Shown: positions 14,102 to 25,811 of the stretch, piece after piece
How the letters are laid out: the number at the start of each line of letters is the position of its first letter
Numbering within the stretch: the stretch's first letter is position 1
NCBI RefSeq assembly: GCF_964204645.1
Contig: NC_134027.1
Span: forward strand, 25,010,560 to 25,074,559
DNA from: Tubulanus polymorphus
Taxonomy: Eukaryota > Animalia > Nemertea
Direction: 5' to 3'
DNA length: 64,000 nucleotides
The notes under the pieces: model-generated
Seen by the model: the letters and a program-made list of their open reading frames with translations, nothing else
Told to the model about the DNA's origin: nothing
Database searches by the model: none
Program-made: the position numbers and the translations under genes

Positions 14102-14571
14102 CTCCTATGATAGCAGCCACGACCTCTGTAGATTATTCTTTTGCGTTTCTATTTGCTGAAACATCCAGGGATTCTAAATTCAATCAGGTTTTTGTAGCTT
14201 TCCGTTCGTTGCTGTAGATTGCATTCAACAAAATCTGATCCTATCACAAACCTTAAAACTTGAAACCATCTAATTATACCATTGAATCAATATCAACTGC
14301 GCAAACATTTAATCGAATTACTTACGCAATATGCGATGGATATTTGTAGCTATATCTATATTCACACTTTAAGACTTTGTATCTGAATATTTAACTTTGA
14401 ATTCGTGTTAAATGGATGCGAAAATTGTAATGCATTCCTTTTTGAATTTCGCATCATCGAATCTTACATGTACATATGCGATGAATTCGTTATCAACGTT
14501 TTCTATTCCAGGTTTACTTATAATTGAATATTTCCCGATACACATACCTCAGTTAGATAAGCATGTGGAAT

Positions 14572-16139
14572 AAAATTCACAAACAAAAACATACAGCGTT
14601 TCATTGATGCCTGAATGGTGTATATACATCATACAGATAATATCTAGAATCATCCATCGCTTAAAATTTCATTGGTAATCTTTTTTTCAGATTGTTATTG
14701 AATATGTCTTCTAATGCCTAAAAGTATGCCAATGATGAAGCATGCCTCTGAATGTGTCAGAAGACTTAAAAAGTGCTTTATTAGATCTGTCTCTCAAACT
14801 CCAGTAAAAAGTCGTCGGTTTACATCGTATTTTATTCGTAGTAATAAAACGACAAATACTGATTACTAAAAGACAGGATAATCGAGATAAAAATTAAGGG
14901 GTTGAATTCTAGCGCGCAGGCGATGGAATGTTCGATAGAGGTCGCTGATAGTCCGCTCCTTAGTATTCGGTAATTTCCGATGACGTCACTGCGACGGAAA
15001 ATTGCAGTAGATATATGTTTGCCGGCATCCGGTGAAAAATTTGCAGCGACATCAAAAAAGAAAAAATCAAAATCCTTTAAGCTTCTTTATATCGAAAAAC
15101 TCCTAGAAATTACATCGTTAAAAGATTAGAAAAGGTGCATCTTTAAATCACTTTGGTTTACAGGAAATCGCATTTGTTTAGACCGGTTTGTAAGGTTGCT
15201 GATTTGAACTAAAAAAAAAGAAATCCATGCGATAAACCACGCAAAATAGCAAAAATGAAGTTCACTCAAGATGGCGGCGTATTCAAACACCCTGAGAGTA
15301 GTTGTCAAAATCGTTGCACTCTTCATAACATTCAAACCTAGGATCAGGCCATGTGTAAACGTCAATAATCTTACCTTTCATTTGGATGTCGGCATATCTC
15401 ACAGACGACTGTCTACCCCGTTTGTGATTATAAAAGGTAGGATACACGTCATCTTCACCCGTCAAGGGATTCGAACCCACTACGCTAAAGCTGTTCCCCG
15501 AACCCCTTGACCTCACCAGTCGTTGGAGTCGTTACTAGCCGACCAGAATCCGGTCGTACCATTCACAGCGCTTGTAACAAACGACTTTGGGCTTCTATTG
15601 GTTTTCCCGTTAAATGGACCAATCAGCGAACGTTTTACTGAACAAGGAAGTATTTCGCAAATCGATATATGACGTCATGCGCAACAGCGCCAGTAATGAA
15701 ATCACGCTTCGTGAGGCCAGGGGGCTGGTGGAAGCGAGTTCGGGAGTGATACCGGACCCCTGGCAAGCGAGGATGGATACACGTACACCCAGTACACATG
15801 TCCCGGAACCAGTCCATTAATACCCGCGCTATACGGTTCCTCTTCGCCTGCCTTCTCTACAAGAATTGTCCGAACGATGGTTAAAAGCTGTTATTTGCTG
15901 TTGAAAAGATAAATTAATAAGTGAATTAATAATGAAGGGTATTGTTAAATATTTAGAAAACTGCAATAAGGATTCAAACCCTATGTGGTATAAATGAAAT
16001 AGTTTAATAATTTTAGACACGATGTGCTGTAAAGTAATTCAAGATGGTTAACCGCTATTATCGCTACTATGTATTTGGAGATTCTTATAATCTATAGACT
16101 TTTGAAAATTGGTTATTAACTAGAAAATATTCACAAGTC
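14572..16139 (-). pseudogene. Partial duplicate of the 3' end (last two exons plus 3' UTR) of the FN3 gene
   Basis: Collinear and highly similar to 18938..20806. The terminal-exon acceptor is mutated (TTTTAG to TTTTTG near 15053) and the penultimate exon is interrupted by a 326-bp insertion. Confidence 0.88.
15450..15775. mobile_element. Non-autonomous DNA-transposon-like insertion with 9-bp TSD (MULE-like)
   Basis: Absent from the paralogous exon at ~20400. Flanked by GATACACGT (15441-15449 and 15776-15784). Imperfect inverted termini CATCTTCACCCGTCAAGGG / CCCCTGGCAAGCGAGGATG. Confidence 0.8.
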
Positions 16140-16315
16140 TTTTTTTCATCGTTTAGAATTCTAGTTTTATGGAAAACATGTAGGAACTAATTTCATGTAT
16201 GATTTTAGATAGCAAAAGTAAACCCGTTTTGTGAGGGCTTGGTGTGAGTTATTTCATTCTACTTACTGGAATCATATTTTCCCATATTCAACATAATCAA
16301 ATCATAAGTGCTTTA

Positions 16316-17371
16316 TCATTTGTTCGGTTTATTGGAACCGTTTGTTTTGTGACAAGCGTTGTTCAAAACATCGACAGCTACTTTTCGGAATTGTTCATTT
16401 GTCGCGCAATACACGATAAAGTTTACTGACGAATCGATGATAGCAAATCCCAAAGTTATTAGTCTCATAAAGTTCAAACGTGGAATATAGCGTTCGATAA
16501 AACCAAAACCTTCACAAATGATAAACAGCAAAACTACTGATAAAACCATTCTTAAAACCCTAATTTCCCTTCTAGACGATTCATCAGTTACACCGAGCTC
16601 TGAACGTCGAGTAACCCGACGGTAAAATATCGCCAAAATAAGTACAACATTAGTAACAACTAAAGAGCAGATCGGGATCATAACAGTAAGATACATGAAT
16701 AGATACAGTTCGGAAATACCATAACGCCATTTGTGATGGTCAAACCACATTGAGTAACGGTAAACCTTAAAACGTATTGTAATGTATGGCCATTGAACAG
16801 GACAATTCATAAATCCAAGATGTTTTTCAGGCAGGAATCGAATAAAATGACCCATAAAACTAACTAGTAAAATAAATGCCATCGCCCACGTTGATATTCG
16901 CTTCTTAGGAAATTGACGAGATTTAATCGGAAACAATACGACGATTAACCGCTCTAGACTGAGCAGTACAGTGCACCAGTTACGAGTCATCTGAAACATG
17001 TAGAAAAACGGCATGGCGACTGAGATGAAAATCCAACCAAAATTCCAGTCATTCCTGCGAAACACAATATCTCCCAAAACGGTGTAAATGTACGCAGTTC
17101 TCAGCGGATACATAATAAATGCAGCGATCATAAACAAAAGATCATTTAAAGCGAGAATTTTGATGAGAAAATAATTTTCAGATTTAAATTGTTTCAGAAC
17201 AATTAACGTGAATGCGTTGAATATTAAACCCAGTACAGACGCCGGTAGATACCAGCATAAATATGTTAAAACACAAAATTTGTTAATCCATTGAACGGGA
17301 AGAGATTGAATGTGCTGACACAAGTTGAGTTGAGATGCAGTGGTTGTACTGGTAATGTTATTATCAAACAT
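16316..17371 (-). CDS. GPCR copy 7, intact (351 aa), closest to copy 6
   Basis: Full 7TM ORF from MFDNNIT (ATG 17371), with a shortened ECL3. Flanks 16227-16315 and 17400-17730 match those of copy 6. Confidence 0.92.
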   Translation of the reverse strand: MFDNNITSTTTASQLNLCQHIQSLPVQWINKFCVLTYLCWYLPASVLGLIFNAFTLIVLKQFKSENYFLIKILALNDLLFMIAAFIMYPLRTAYIYTVLGDIVFRRNDWNFGWIFISVAMPFFYMFQMTRNWCTVLLSLERLIVVLFPIKSRQFPKKRISTWAMAFILLVSFMGHFIRFLPEKHLGFMNCPVQWPYITIRFKVYRYSMWFDHHKWRYGISELYLFMYLTVMIPICSLVVTNVVLILAIFYRRVTRRSELGVTDESSRREIRVLRMVLSVVLLFIICEGFGFIERYIPRLNFMRLITLGFAIIDSSVNFIVYCATNEQFRKVAVDVLNNACHKTNGSNKPNK

Positions 17372-17729
17372 CTCATAAGCTAGCAGCCACAACTTCTGTA
17401 TATCATTTTATTGTGCTTCTATTCTCCGTTCTATTTATTTCAACGTCCACAGTGATTCTAAATTCAATCAGGTTTTGTAGCATTCCATTCGTTGCCGCAG
17501 ATTCATTTCATAAAAATTAGATCCTATCACATCCTAAATTATATCCCATCTAATTATATCATTGAATCACATGAACTGCATAAACATTCTACGTAATAAT
17601 GTCCGCATTATGCGACGGATATTTGTAGCTATATCTATATTTTCCCTTTAAGACTTTGTATCTGAATATTTCACCTTGAATTCGTGTTAAATGGATGCGA
17701 AAATTGTAATGCATTCCTTTTTTAAAATT

Positions 17730-17922
17730 TCGTTTTAGAACTAACAGCGTGAATGCGTTGAATATTAAACCCAGTACCGACGCCAGTAGATACCAGCATA
17801 AATAGATTAAAGCAAACAATTTGTTGATCCGATTAATTTGGAGAGCGTGAATTGTCTGACACCAGTTGAGTTTAGTGGTTGTCAAATGCTGGAAATGCGG
17901 TAGTTACATTTACATCAAACAT
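17730..17922 (-). pseudogene. GPCR copy 8, 5' fragment (N-terminus plus TM1), copy-5-like
   Basis: MFDVNVTT..., an early 1-nt frameshift, then ...LGLIFNAFTLLVLKR, after which homology stops. The upstream flank 17930-18255 matches 12620-12945. Confidence 0.85.
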
Positions 17923-18378
17923 CCCACGATCTGCCGAACGATAATACACGAAGACACGAAAACGAATCCAATAATGACAATAGTGAAGTAAGATGGTGAT
18001 GGCGTTCGCTAGGTGTGTAATTAGTGTGGTTAATTGGATTATCGTTTAAATCCCTACAACGATATTCGTTTATTGGTATATATAAGATTTCCCATTTTAA
18101 TGATTACAATTTGTTCAGGTATCGTGCAAAATGTAGCAGTAAAGCCGCGTAGTACACGTATCATTAGATCACGTAATAATTTTGAGTTAGAATGTGTCAA
18201 ATTTTCTGTGACAAGGTGAGTACATGCGTTAGTAGCGTCCATAGTAGTTGTATGGTTAGGTATCTTAGTAGAAGTTTTAAAGGAAACTTGAAGTTCCAAG
18301 CCCGCCTAGGAAGACACAGATCCAACCTCCTAGAACAACTGAGTGCTGACATGAGATGCCACAATCGAGGTTAACCGA

Positions 18379-18445
18379 CACAGGTTGAGATGGCGTAAAT
18401 GCCATGGTCGAAATAGTAATGTTGTCGAATATCTCATAAACTGTT
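18379..18445 (-). pseudogene. GPCR copy 9, tiny N-terminal relic
   Basis: Translates VYE-I-FDNITISTMAFTPSQ, matching the N-termini of copies 1 and 3, with ATG mutated to ATA. Confidence 0.7.
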
Positions 18446-19201
18446 AGTCTGTCGAGCTGCGTTAGTCGACGCGAGTCGATGTGCACTACGTCATCGATAT
18501 TGGGGCTAGAATGGCTAGACTGGTTGCCGGTCGAATCAACGCATTAACTTTATCGATCGTGATATGATGTCTATAATGATGTCTAGATGGCTATAATGTC
18601 AACTATTTTCGAAAATATTAGGCCACGCAAAGAAATACCTTTGCTTCTCATAAGCCATTTTTGGAAAAGTGACGAGAGCTTTTTTTTAAACGACCTTGAA
18701 TCAGGATGGAAATAACTTCTCACCTGCCGCAGTAACAATTGTGTAATGTCCGTGAAGATAAACACAAAAAGTTTGATTAGGGTTGTCTATCAGGATGCAT
18801 GCGGGAATGTTTTATTTTATACTTAAATAAGCATGATATTAATTATTAATTATAATTTAAGAAATAAACTAAAACAGATTTCTGCATGCGGGATGCGTAT
18901 TTTATGTTTTGTGAGGGTCTGGTGTTATTTCATTCTAAAAAATTCACAAACAAAAACATACAGGGTTTCATTGATGCCTGAATGGTGTATATACATCATA
19001 CAGATAATATCTAGAATCATCCATCGCTTAAAATTGCATTGTTAATCTTTTTTTTCAGATTGTTATTGAATATGTCTTCTAATGCCTAAAAGTATGCCAA
19101 TGATGAAGCATGCCTCTGAATGTGTCAGAAGACCTTTTAAAAGTGCTTTATTAGATCTGCCTCTCAAACTCCAGTAAAAAGTCGTCGGTTTACATAGTAT
19201 T

Positions 19202-22200
19202 TTATTCGTAGTAATAAAACGACAAATACTGATTACTTAAAGACAGGATAATCGAGATAAAAATCAAGGGGTTGAATTCTAGCGCGCAGGCGATGGAATG
19301 TTCGATAGAGGTCGCTGATAGTCCGGTCCTTAGTATTCGGTAATTTCCGATGACGTCACTGCGACGGAAAATTGCAGTAGATATAATATGTTTGCCGGCA
19401 TCCGGTGAAAAATTTGCAGCGACATCTAAAAACAAAAAATCAAATCCTTTAAGCTACTTAACATAAAAAAACACCATGAAATTACATCGATGAAAGGCTT
19501 AAAAAGGTTCTGTTGTGGGGTTGCTTTCGGTTCTCCGATGTTGTGGGGTTGAGTTTCTCAACCAATTGTTGTGGGGGCCACGTTGCGTTCTCCCCTCGTG
19601 TTGTCGTTGTTGGTTCCGATTAATCCGATAAGTGATATCCCTCTGACTCCGGAATAATAACAACTCTTCTCGTGGGTCTACGTTCTTTCTTTATTTTCCC
19701 GCACAATTCTTATTCCTTCCTACAGCTCGTATTTTTAGGCTTCTCCGCCACTCTGGCCTCTCTCTCCCCCTTACTGTGCTGACCCTCTCTTTTTATCTTA
19801 TTTCATGTTATTCGTGACGTATACTTCTACATATGTTATACGTCACGAGTTTATTATACTTGTTTACTTCCTAGCCATACCAGAGCTCAAGGCTGCCGCT
19901 ATAACCAGCAACCCTACGCAGATAGTCACGTCACTTTCACCTATCTTCTATTCAGTGTCTTGTGTGCGACGTAAGCATCTACGTAGGTTGTTTACTAACT
20001 TCAGCCACTGCCCTGAACTCTGGCTTCCCTCCCTCTATGCAAACTACTAATTTATCACCCCAATAGTTCATCTTTAAATCACTTTGGTTTACAGGAAATC
20101 GCATTCGTTTAGACCGGTTCGTAAAGTGGCTGATTCGAGCCAAGTAAAAAAATAAGGAAAGAAATCCATGCGTTACACCACGCGAAAATTGCAAAAACGG
20201 ATACAAAAATGAAGTTCAACCAAGATGGCGGCGTATTCAAACGCTCTGAGAGTAGTTGTCATCCGCCATCAAAATCGTTGCATTATTCATGACATTTTAA
20301 CCTAAGGGCATGCGTAAAACATCAATAATCTTACCTTTCATTTGGATGTCGGCATATCTCACAGACGACTGTCTACCCCGTTTGTGATTATAATAGATAG
20401 GATACACGTACACCCGGTATACATGTCCCGGAACCAGTCCATTAATAGCCGCGCTATACGGTTCCTCTTCGCCTGCCTTCTCTACGAGAATTGTCCGAAC
20501 GATGTTGAAAAAACTGTTATTTGCTGTTGAAAAGAAAATATACGTATGTATCAAAACTACATCTACGAGAATGGAATCAAATATAGCCGCAACGCAGCCA
20601 TAGCGGATTTTCTACACAGCCGCGTCATGCACATTCGAAATGAAGGGTTATTATAGAATATTTGAAAAATTGCAATTCACATTTTCGGGATTCAAACCGT
20701 TATGTGCTATAAATGAAATACATGTAGATTAATCATTTTTCAGAAGATGCTACATAAACAGTTAACTTCTAAAAATCGGTTATTAACTGGAAAATCTTCA
20801 CAAGTCGTTATTTCTAAGTATAGTGTAACTACTATTTTGAGTGTGTGTTCCAATAGTAATCTATGATAAAAATCTCTAAATTTTGTAAAGCATATCTAAT
20901 AAAGATTTTCACCAGCGCTTAATGGATTATTGTGAAACTGCATCTTACAGTCGATACGCTCTACCGGAAAGCAGATATTTCAAACTGTATTCAAATGTGT
21001 TCGAATCATCAATTTTTTAATTTTCTCTCGCCAAATGTCACATTTCAAATATTTTTTCTTTACCTTTTCTATGTACGACTAATTTATACGCGGTGACGCC
21101 ATGGCCGTTATTCCTTCCACCTACCCACCGCACCCGTAAAGTTGTCCGGCCAATCTGTTTCAGGTCAACAATCTTAAAGGAACTGATTTCTGAAATGTGT
21201 TTGAAAAAAAAACAACCATACATTTCTCAACTAAAAAGGAATCTTTGTTTCTATTGTCCGTTTGACAATCGAGTCAAAATGGTCAATATACTATGACGCT
21301 GGGTCCAGGATTGATGGTCTCATGGCACTCGAGGCCGTTAGGTTCCAAACGCAGGATTATATATAGCATACTTGTTTCAGTTGTTTTGAAGTAAACTCGA
21401 TTGCTCGCTGGACCTTCGTACTTTCCGTTCACCACGACGACATAGGCGTGATATCCACAGTTTGGAGCCAACAGACGAACAAACCCGCAAACTTTACTGG
21501 ATTTACATCCGCCTATGACGTCATACTGACTAGATTGACTTGTATTATCAACGTTGATAACATGAATCTGAAAAAAGCAAAAAAATGAGAAAATTAACCG
21601 TATATATCTATTCTATATAATAAGGCAAGAACTATCTACCGAAACTCTTCTATCCATGAAAGATTACTGCATAGTTAAACTTCAATTATTGATTGAGGTA
21701 AAATAAAATCATAATTCGGTGTTGTTATGCGATGGAAGTTTTGGGAAGGGAATGATCTTTCAAAACTATTCGCCTTGCTGCAATCCGCGCCACAGCGTGA
21801 GTTGAAGGGGAAACCGGGAATCTTAGGAGCAAGAGACCGCTGCGGCCAGTCTGGGATCGTTACTTCTAGAAGACCTCCACTAAGAGGAGAGGCATCTAGG
21901 TTTTGCAACTGATCATGTGTTGATTCTACGTATTAGGAATTCATACCCGGTATGATTTGAATTGACCTCGAATGGCCGTTGATGACGTATTCAGCGCATT
22001 CCACGTGAACAGCACGGTCTTCGGGTCCAACCGATTCGGCGATACTTTGAAGTTTGTCGGTGCTAAGGATGGTACTATTAGAGAAATTACAATAAAAGAG
22101 TGCATTGTTAGATTGAAGTAGCCTTTATAGCCACAACAAAATCACAACAATAAAACAATTCATTTTGAAACTGATATAATGAAACACAAATTTCGCTGAT

Positions 22201-25200
22201 TTATTTCAGCCTCATCGGGTATGCTCATTAGTGAAATCTGGCGTTTCCTGTTTTCTATTATATATACAAGGCTGGTGTGTTTCATGTTGCAAACACGTTG
22301 TGCCATGACCGTAGTTGTGGTGGCTGATTCGGGCCTTATCAAACAAATATATACAAAACTCAATCTCGGTATTTCCATTTTTAACCTGGTATTTCTTGGT
22401 TTAAACTCCACTTTAAAAACGAATTTTCGTTTTAACGTTTCAACTTTTTGCGTTACTCGAAAATCTACGGTGGCTAGTGGTTATTCCCGGATATGTTGTC
22501 TCTTGATATTCAGTATCTACACTGAGTAGAGACCTCGCTTCATTCCAAGCACGACTGTGCAACTGATACTGAAGCATCAGGAGTTCACGAAAAGACGAAA
22601 TTTGAGATTGATTCATCAAATTGTTAAACGTCAACTCTCCACAAACACAATTGCAAATAAGATCTATTTCATTATTCTGTTTAATTCGAATTTTCTCGAT
22701 TCGATTTTGCCCCCTTGGCTTACAGGTCGAAAAAAATAATTTTCATTGAAGTTAATAAACGGTATTCTCGCTTTCGAACCTGACTTAGATAGACAATACG
22801 ATCGCTTTTATCATGCTCCCTCTGCAGGGATTCGAACCATCAGATAGCACCGCGCAGACTTACCATCTTCCCCGGAATATGCTGTGTTAATCACGGGTTT
22901 GTCTATTGGACTTCCACGCGCGTTCACCGACTCGACGCTGAACTCGTATGACGTATGAACGGTCAAATGATTTATTTCGTACGAATTTCCCTTCCCGTCC
23001 ACGATCGCCGTCGACCAATCATCGGCCGAGCCGGAGCGTCTCCATCGAACTGTGTACATCAGATTCGGAGCGTTCCATTGCAGAAACGAAAGTGGCTGAA
23101 AATAGCGAGGAAACTAAATTAACTTGAAAGTTCATTAATGCCTCGAAGAAAAAAAACACACATAAGTGCATGTAGTATGTATTGGGTACTACTCACATAC
23201 GTGTCTGATATTTACTTATCATTTTTGCCCCTGTCTAAGTCTGCCCCTGGGACCACCCCTGCCCAAATAATCTTAACGCAGGCACTTCGCACCTCCCTAT
23301 CTTACCTCCCATGAAATTATAATCTTGTTCGGCGACACGGCCTTGCCTCTAACATCGTCGGGGTTTCTATCTGGCCTATCGGGATTCGTCGAACACGTGC
23401 CGTCGACCGGTTCGGGCTGGTCAACGCGTCCGTTCGAATAATAGGCCGTTACGCGAAATCGAAACTTCCTGTTCCCGGGCAGTTCGAAGTTAGCGCCGTT
23501 TTCAGCGCCACCTACTGTGTCGCCGTCATACCAGATATCAGACGAATTACCCAACGAGTATTCGACATTGTAGAGCCGCGGTACAACCTTCCGATTCGAC
23601 GAATCCCAAACGATATGGACGTAACGGCCCGAACAGGTTTTCACGTGAGCCTTGGGTACAACTGCAATTAACAAGAGAGATATAAACATTTTCACTGGTT
23701 TTACGTGTGCACCAAGAGCCCTAGGGTACGGGCTAACTGTTTCTTGATCTTACAATAGGGGAGTGTTCTATTTGTGTATTTGGTTGAATGAGTTGATGTT
23801 TTATGCTCATCTCCTATACAACCCACCACACCTGTCAGACTATAGAGGGTTTGATTTTGAAATCGGAAATCGAAGTACAAATAGCTTAGATGGTCTGTCG
23901 AATTCACATCATTTTTTTCCAAAATCGAAAACAATTTCGAAATTTCGGTTCGTTTGAACAAGCTTCCATCTAACCTGAGCCCTATTAATAGCGAGTGACT
24001 GTCATGATTTATCGCATTATCGAAAGAAAAACAAACAAAAACATAGATTTTACGAATTTGTAAAAGAATATAATCGTCTCCAACACGCCATGTTACATGT
24101 AGTGTTGTGAACAGTTTATGTCCTTCGCTAAGGTGAAAATGTGTGATATACATGTACAACTTGTAAAAAATCGCTTAGTGAAGAAAAATGGTCGAATCAA
24201 AGTATGAGTGAATAAACTTTTTTCGGGTATTTCAGTATTTTATTTACGACATCTGCTGCGTGTCATCGGGTTTACGATCGTCAAGTATGCGGACTTGAAC
24301 TCGACGCGATAATAACACGTTTTAACATGGAATACAGCCTGCAGCAAAAATACGCTCCGCGCATTCGAAGGAAAAGTCTTACGATGACGATGTAATGATC
24401 GTGTTTATTCGCAGACGACGAGACCTCTTGTTCAATGATGGATAATTCCCTCGGGCTCCGGGAGCATTCACCGCGATTCGCGTTACTCCGCCGCGTCTAA
24501 CACAGTGAAAACTGTTTCAATCGGTCGCACTTCGCTTCATTAAACACCTACGAACAGGCAAAATACTTTTGCCTTTCCTCGACGGTATTTGTCGAAACGA
24601 TCAATTTTGTACGGGATTTTTACGTATAAGCTCAAACAAGGCCCTTCTTTGAAAGCCCGCGCTGAAATTACCAAAATGATCTTCGCCTAGCTGGTTAAAC
24701 GGCCCGACCCAATTCCCTTCATGTTAGGGTTTTCATCAATAACAGGGCCACAGGGGGCGGGACAGTGCCCAAGAAGAAATTTTGGAAAAGTCCTCTTTTT
24801 CAAATGTTATTGTTACGCATATCCTATAGTAAGAACTGCCCTTTTTCGGGTTTCTCTGCCCCCGAAAATTCAAATGCTTAATACGGCCCTGAATATAGAA
24901 CCGTTTCAACTTAGACCCTGGGGCTGGTTGTATAGTCATGGCATAGACTTAAGAACAGTCTAAGACAAACTAAGTTCTATAGTCAATCTAATAACTTAAG
25001 ACAAGTCTTAAGATTTAAGACCACTTTTGGACTTAAGTCACGACTGTGCAACCGGCCCCTGAAGGATGTTTCAATTATTGCTACTAGTCCACTCGACATT
25101 TAGAGCCTGGACCCAGTTCCACAGTTGTGAATTAGAGTAAAGTCTGAGTTAAATTTAGCTCATTTTCGATCATTCAACTCAAAAGTTTAATCTTATCTCG

Positions 25201-25415
25201 AAACTGTGGAACTGGGTCTCGATCTATAAAACTTAGGGGCTGATTTATAGATTATAGGGGTTTACTGAATCTAATTTCAATTTAGTTAACCCCGGTCTAA
25301 GTTGATACCAATAAATAAAACCGGTCCCTGGCTTCAATAGCTTACCTATTTGCGCAGTAAGAACGACCAAATGAAGTAAAATCAGGAAAGTTCTTCGACC
25401 CGACACCAGAATCAT
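19202..25415 (-). CDS. Cell-surface protein: signal peptide, 4 fibronectin type-III domains (L1CAM/neuroglian-like) and a hydrophobic GPI-signal-like tail; 506 aa, 8 coding exons
   Basis: Phase-consistent GT-AG exons: 25415-25346, 23661-23306, 23095-22864, 22074-21947, 21567-21372, 21189-21064, 20523-20335, 19425-19202 (1521 nt in total). Motifs PDRNPDDVRG...WNAPNLMY...AYSGED-VPSLAPTNF...IRGQFKSY resemble L1-family FN3 repeats. AATAAA on the minus strand at ~19147-19152. Confidence 0.88.
19511..20065. mobile_element. Solo-LTR-like insertion (555 bp) in the last intron of the FN3 gene
   Basis: Absent from the duplicate at ~15137. 4-bp TSD GTTC (19507-19510 and 20066-20069). Ends are TGTTGTGGGG...CCCCAATA, with a minus-strand AATAAA at ~19690. 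Confidence 0.7.
24921..25058. mobile_element. Harbinger-like MITE (family A)
   Basis: TIRs GGGCTGGTTGTATAGTC / GACTGTGCAACCGGCCC with CTG on both sides and internal CTTAAGAC motifs. Confidence 0.8.
25110..25218. mobile_element. MITE (family B)
   Basis: Perfect 17-bp TIR GACCCAGTTCCACAGTT / AACTGTGGAACTGGGTC. Related ends occur at ~50666-50842. Confidence 0.75.
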
Positions 25416-25557
25416 CTTCGTTTCTTTTTACATCTGAAAATACATAATCACAAAATTCGTGGTGTTTATTCGAACCCATATTTCATACTCAGATCCTCAA
25501 TTCGTTTCAATTGGGTACCGGCACCGTTACAGTGGCAAGCGAGGATTCCGTAATGAT

Positions 25558-25811
25558 CCACCAGGTGTCGCTAGTAATTTTTGGTTTACCGCGCTTCAGT
25601 TTCTTCTACCTTTCATTTAAATTCGAATCAACTTTTCTCATTAGTAAGTCAATCAGTGAAATCTATACCATACGCTAAGTGACAAAGTGAATTATTTGTA
25701 TCCGACGACTTTTTTGATGATATTCGGATTTGGAAGCCTAAAAATCTAGTTCGAATTTCATTGAAAATGAACTGATTTTCGCTACCGGTAGTTTGTGGCG
25801 CCATCTGGTGA
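25558..25811. promoter_or_regulatory. Convergent pair of CTCF-like motifs just upstream of the FN3 gene's first coding exon
   Basis: CCACCAGGTGTCGCTA (+, 25558) and TCACCAGATGGCGCCA (-, 25796-25811). The first lies within a repeat also present at ~48205-48405. Confidence 0.4.

Noticed and set aside
15455-15545. Possible tRNA gene (GGGTTCGAATCCC on the minus strand)
   Set aside because: Only a T-loop/B-box-like motif is present; I could not fold an acceptor stem, D-arm or anticodon arm. It lies within a TSD-flanked insertion.
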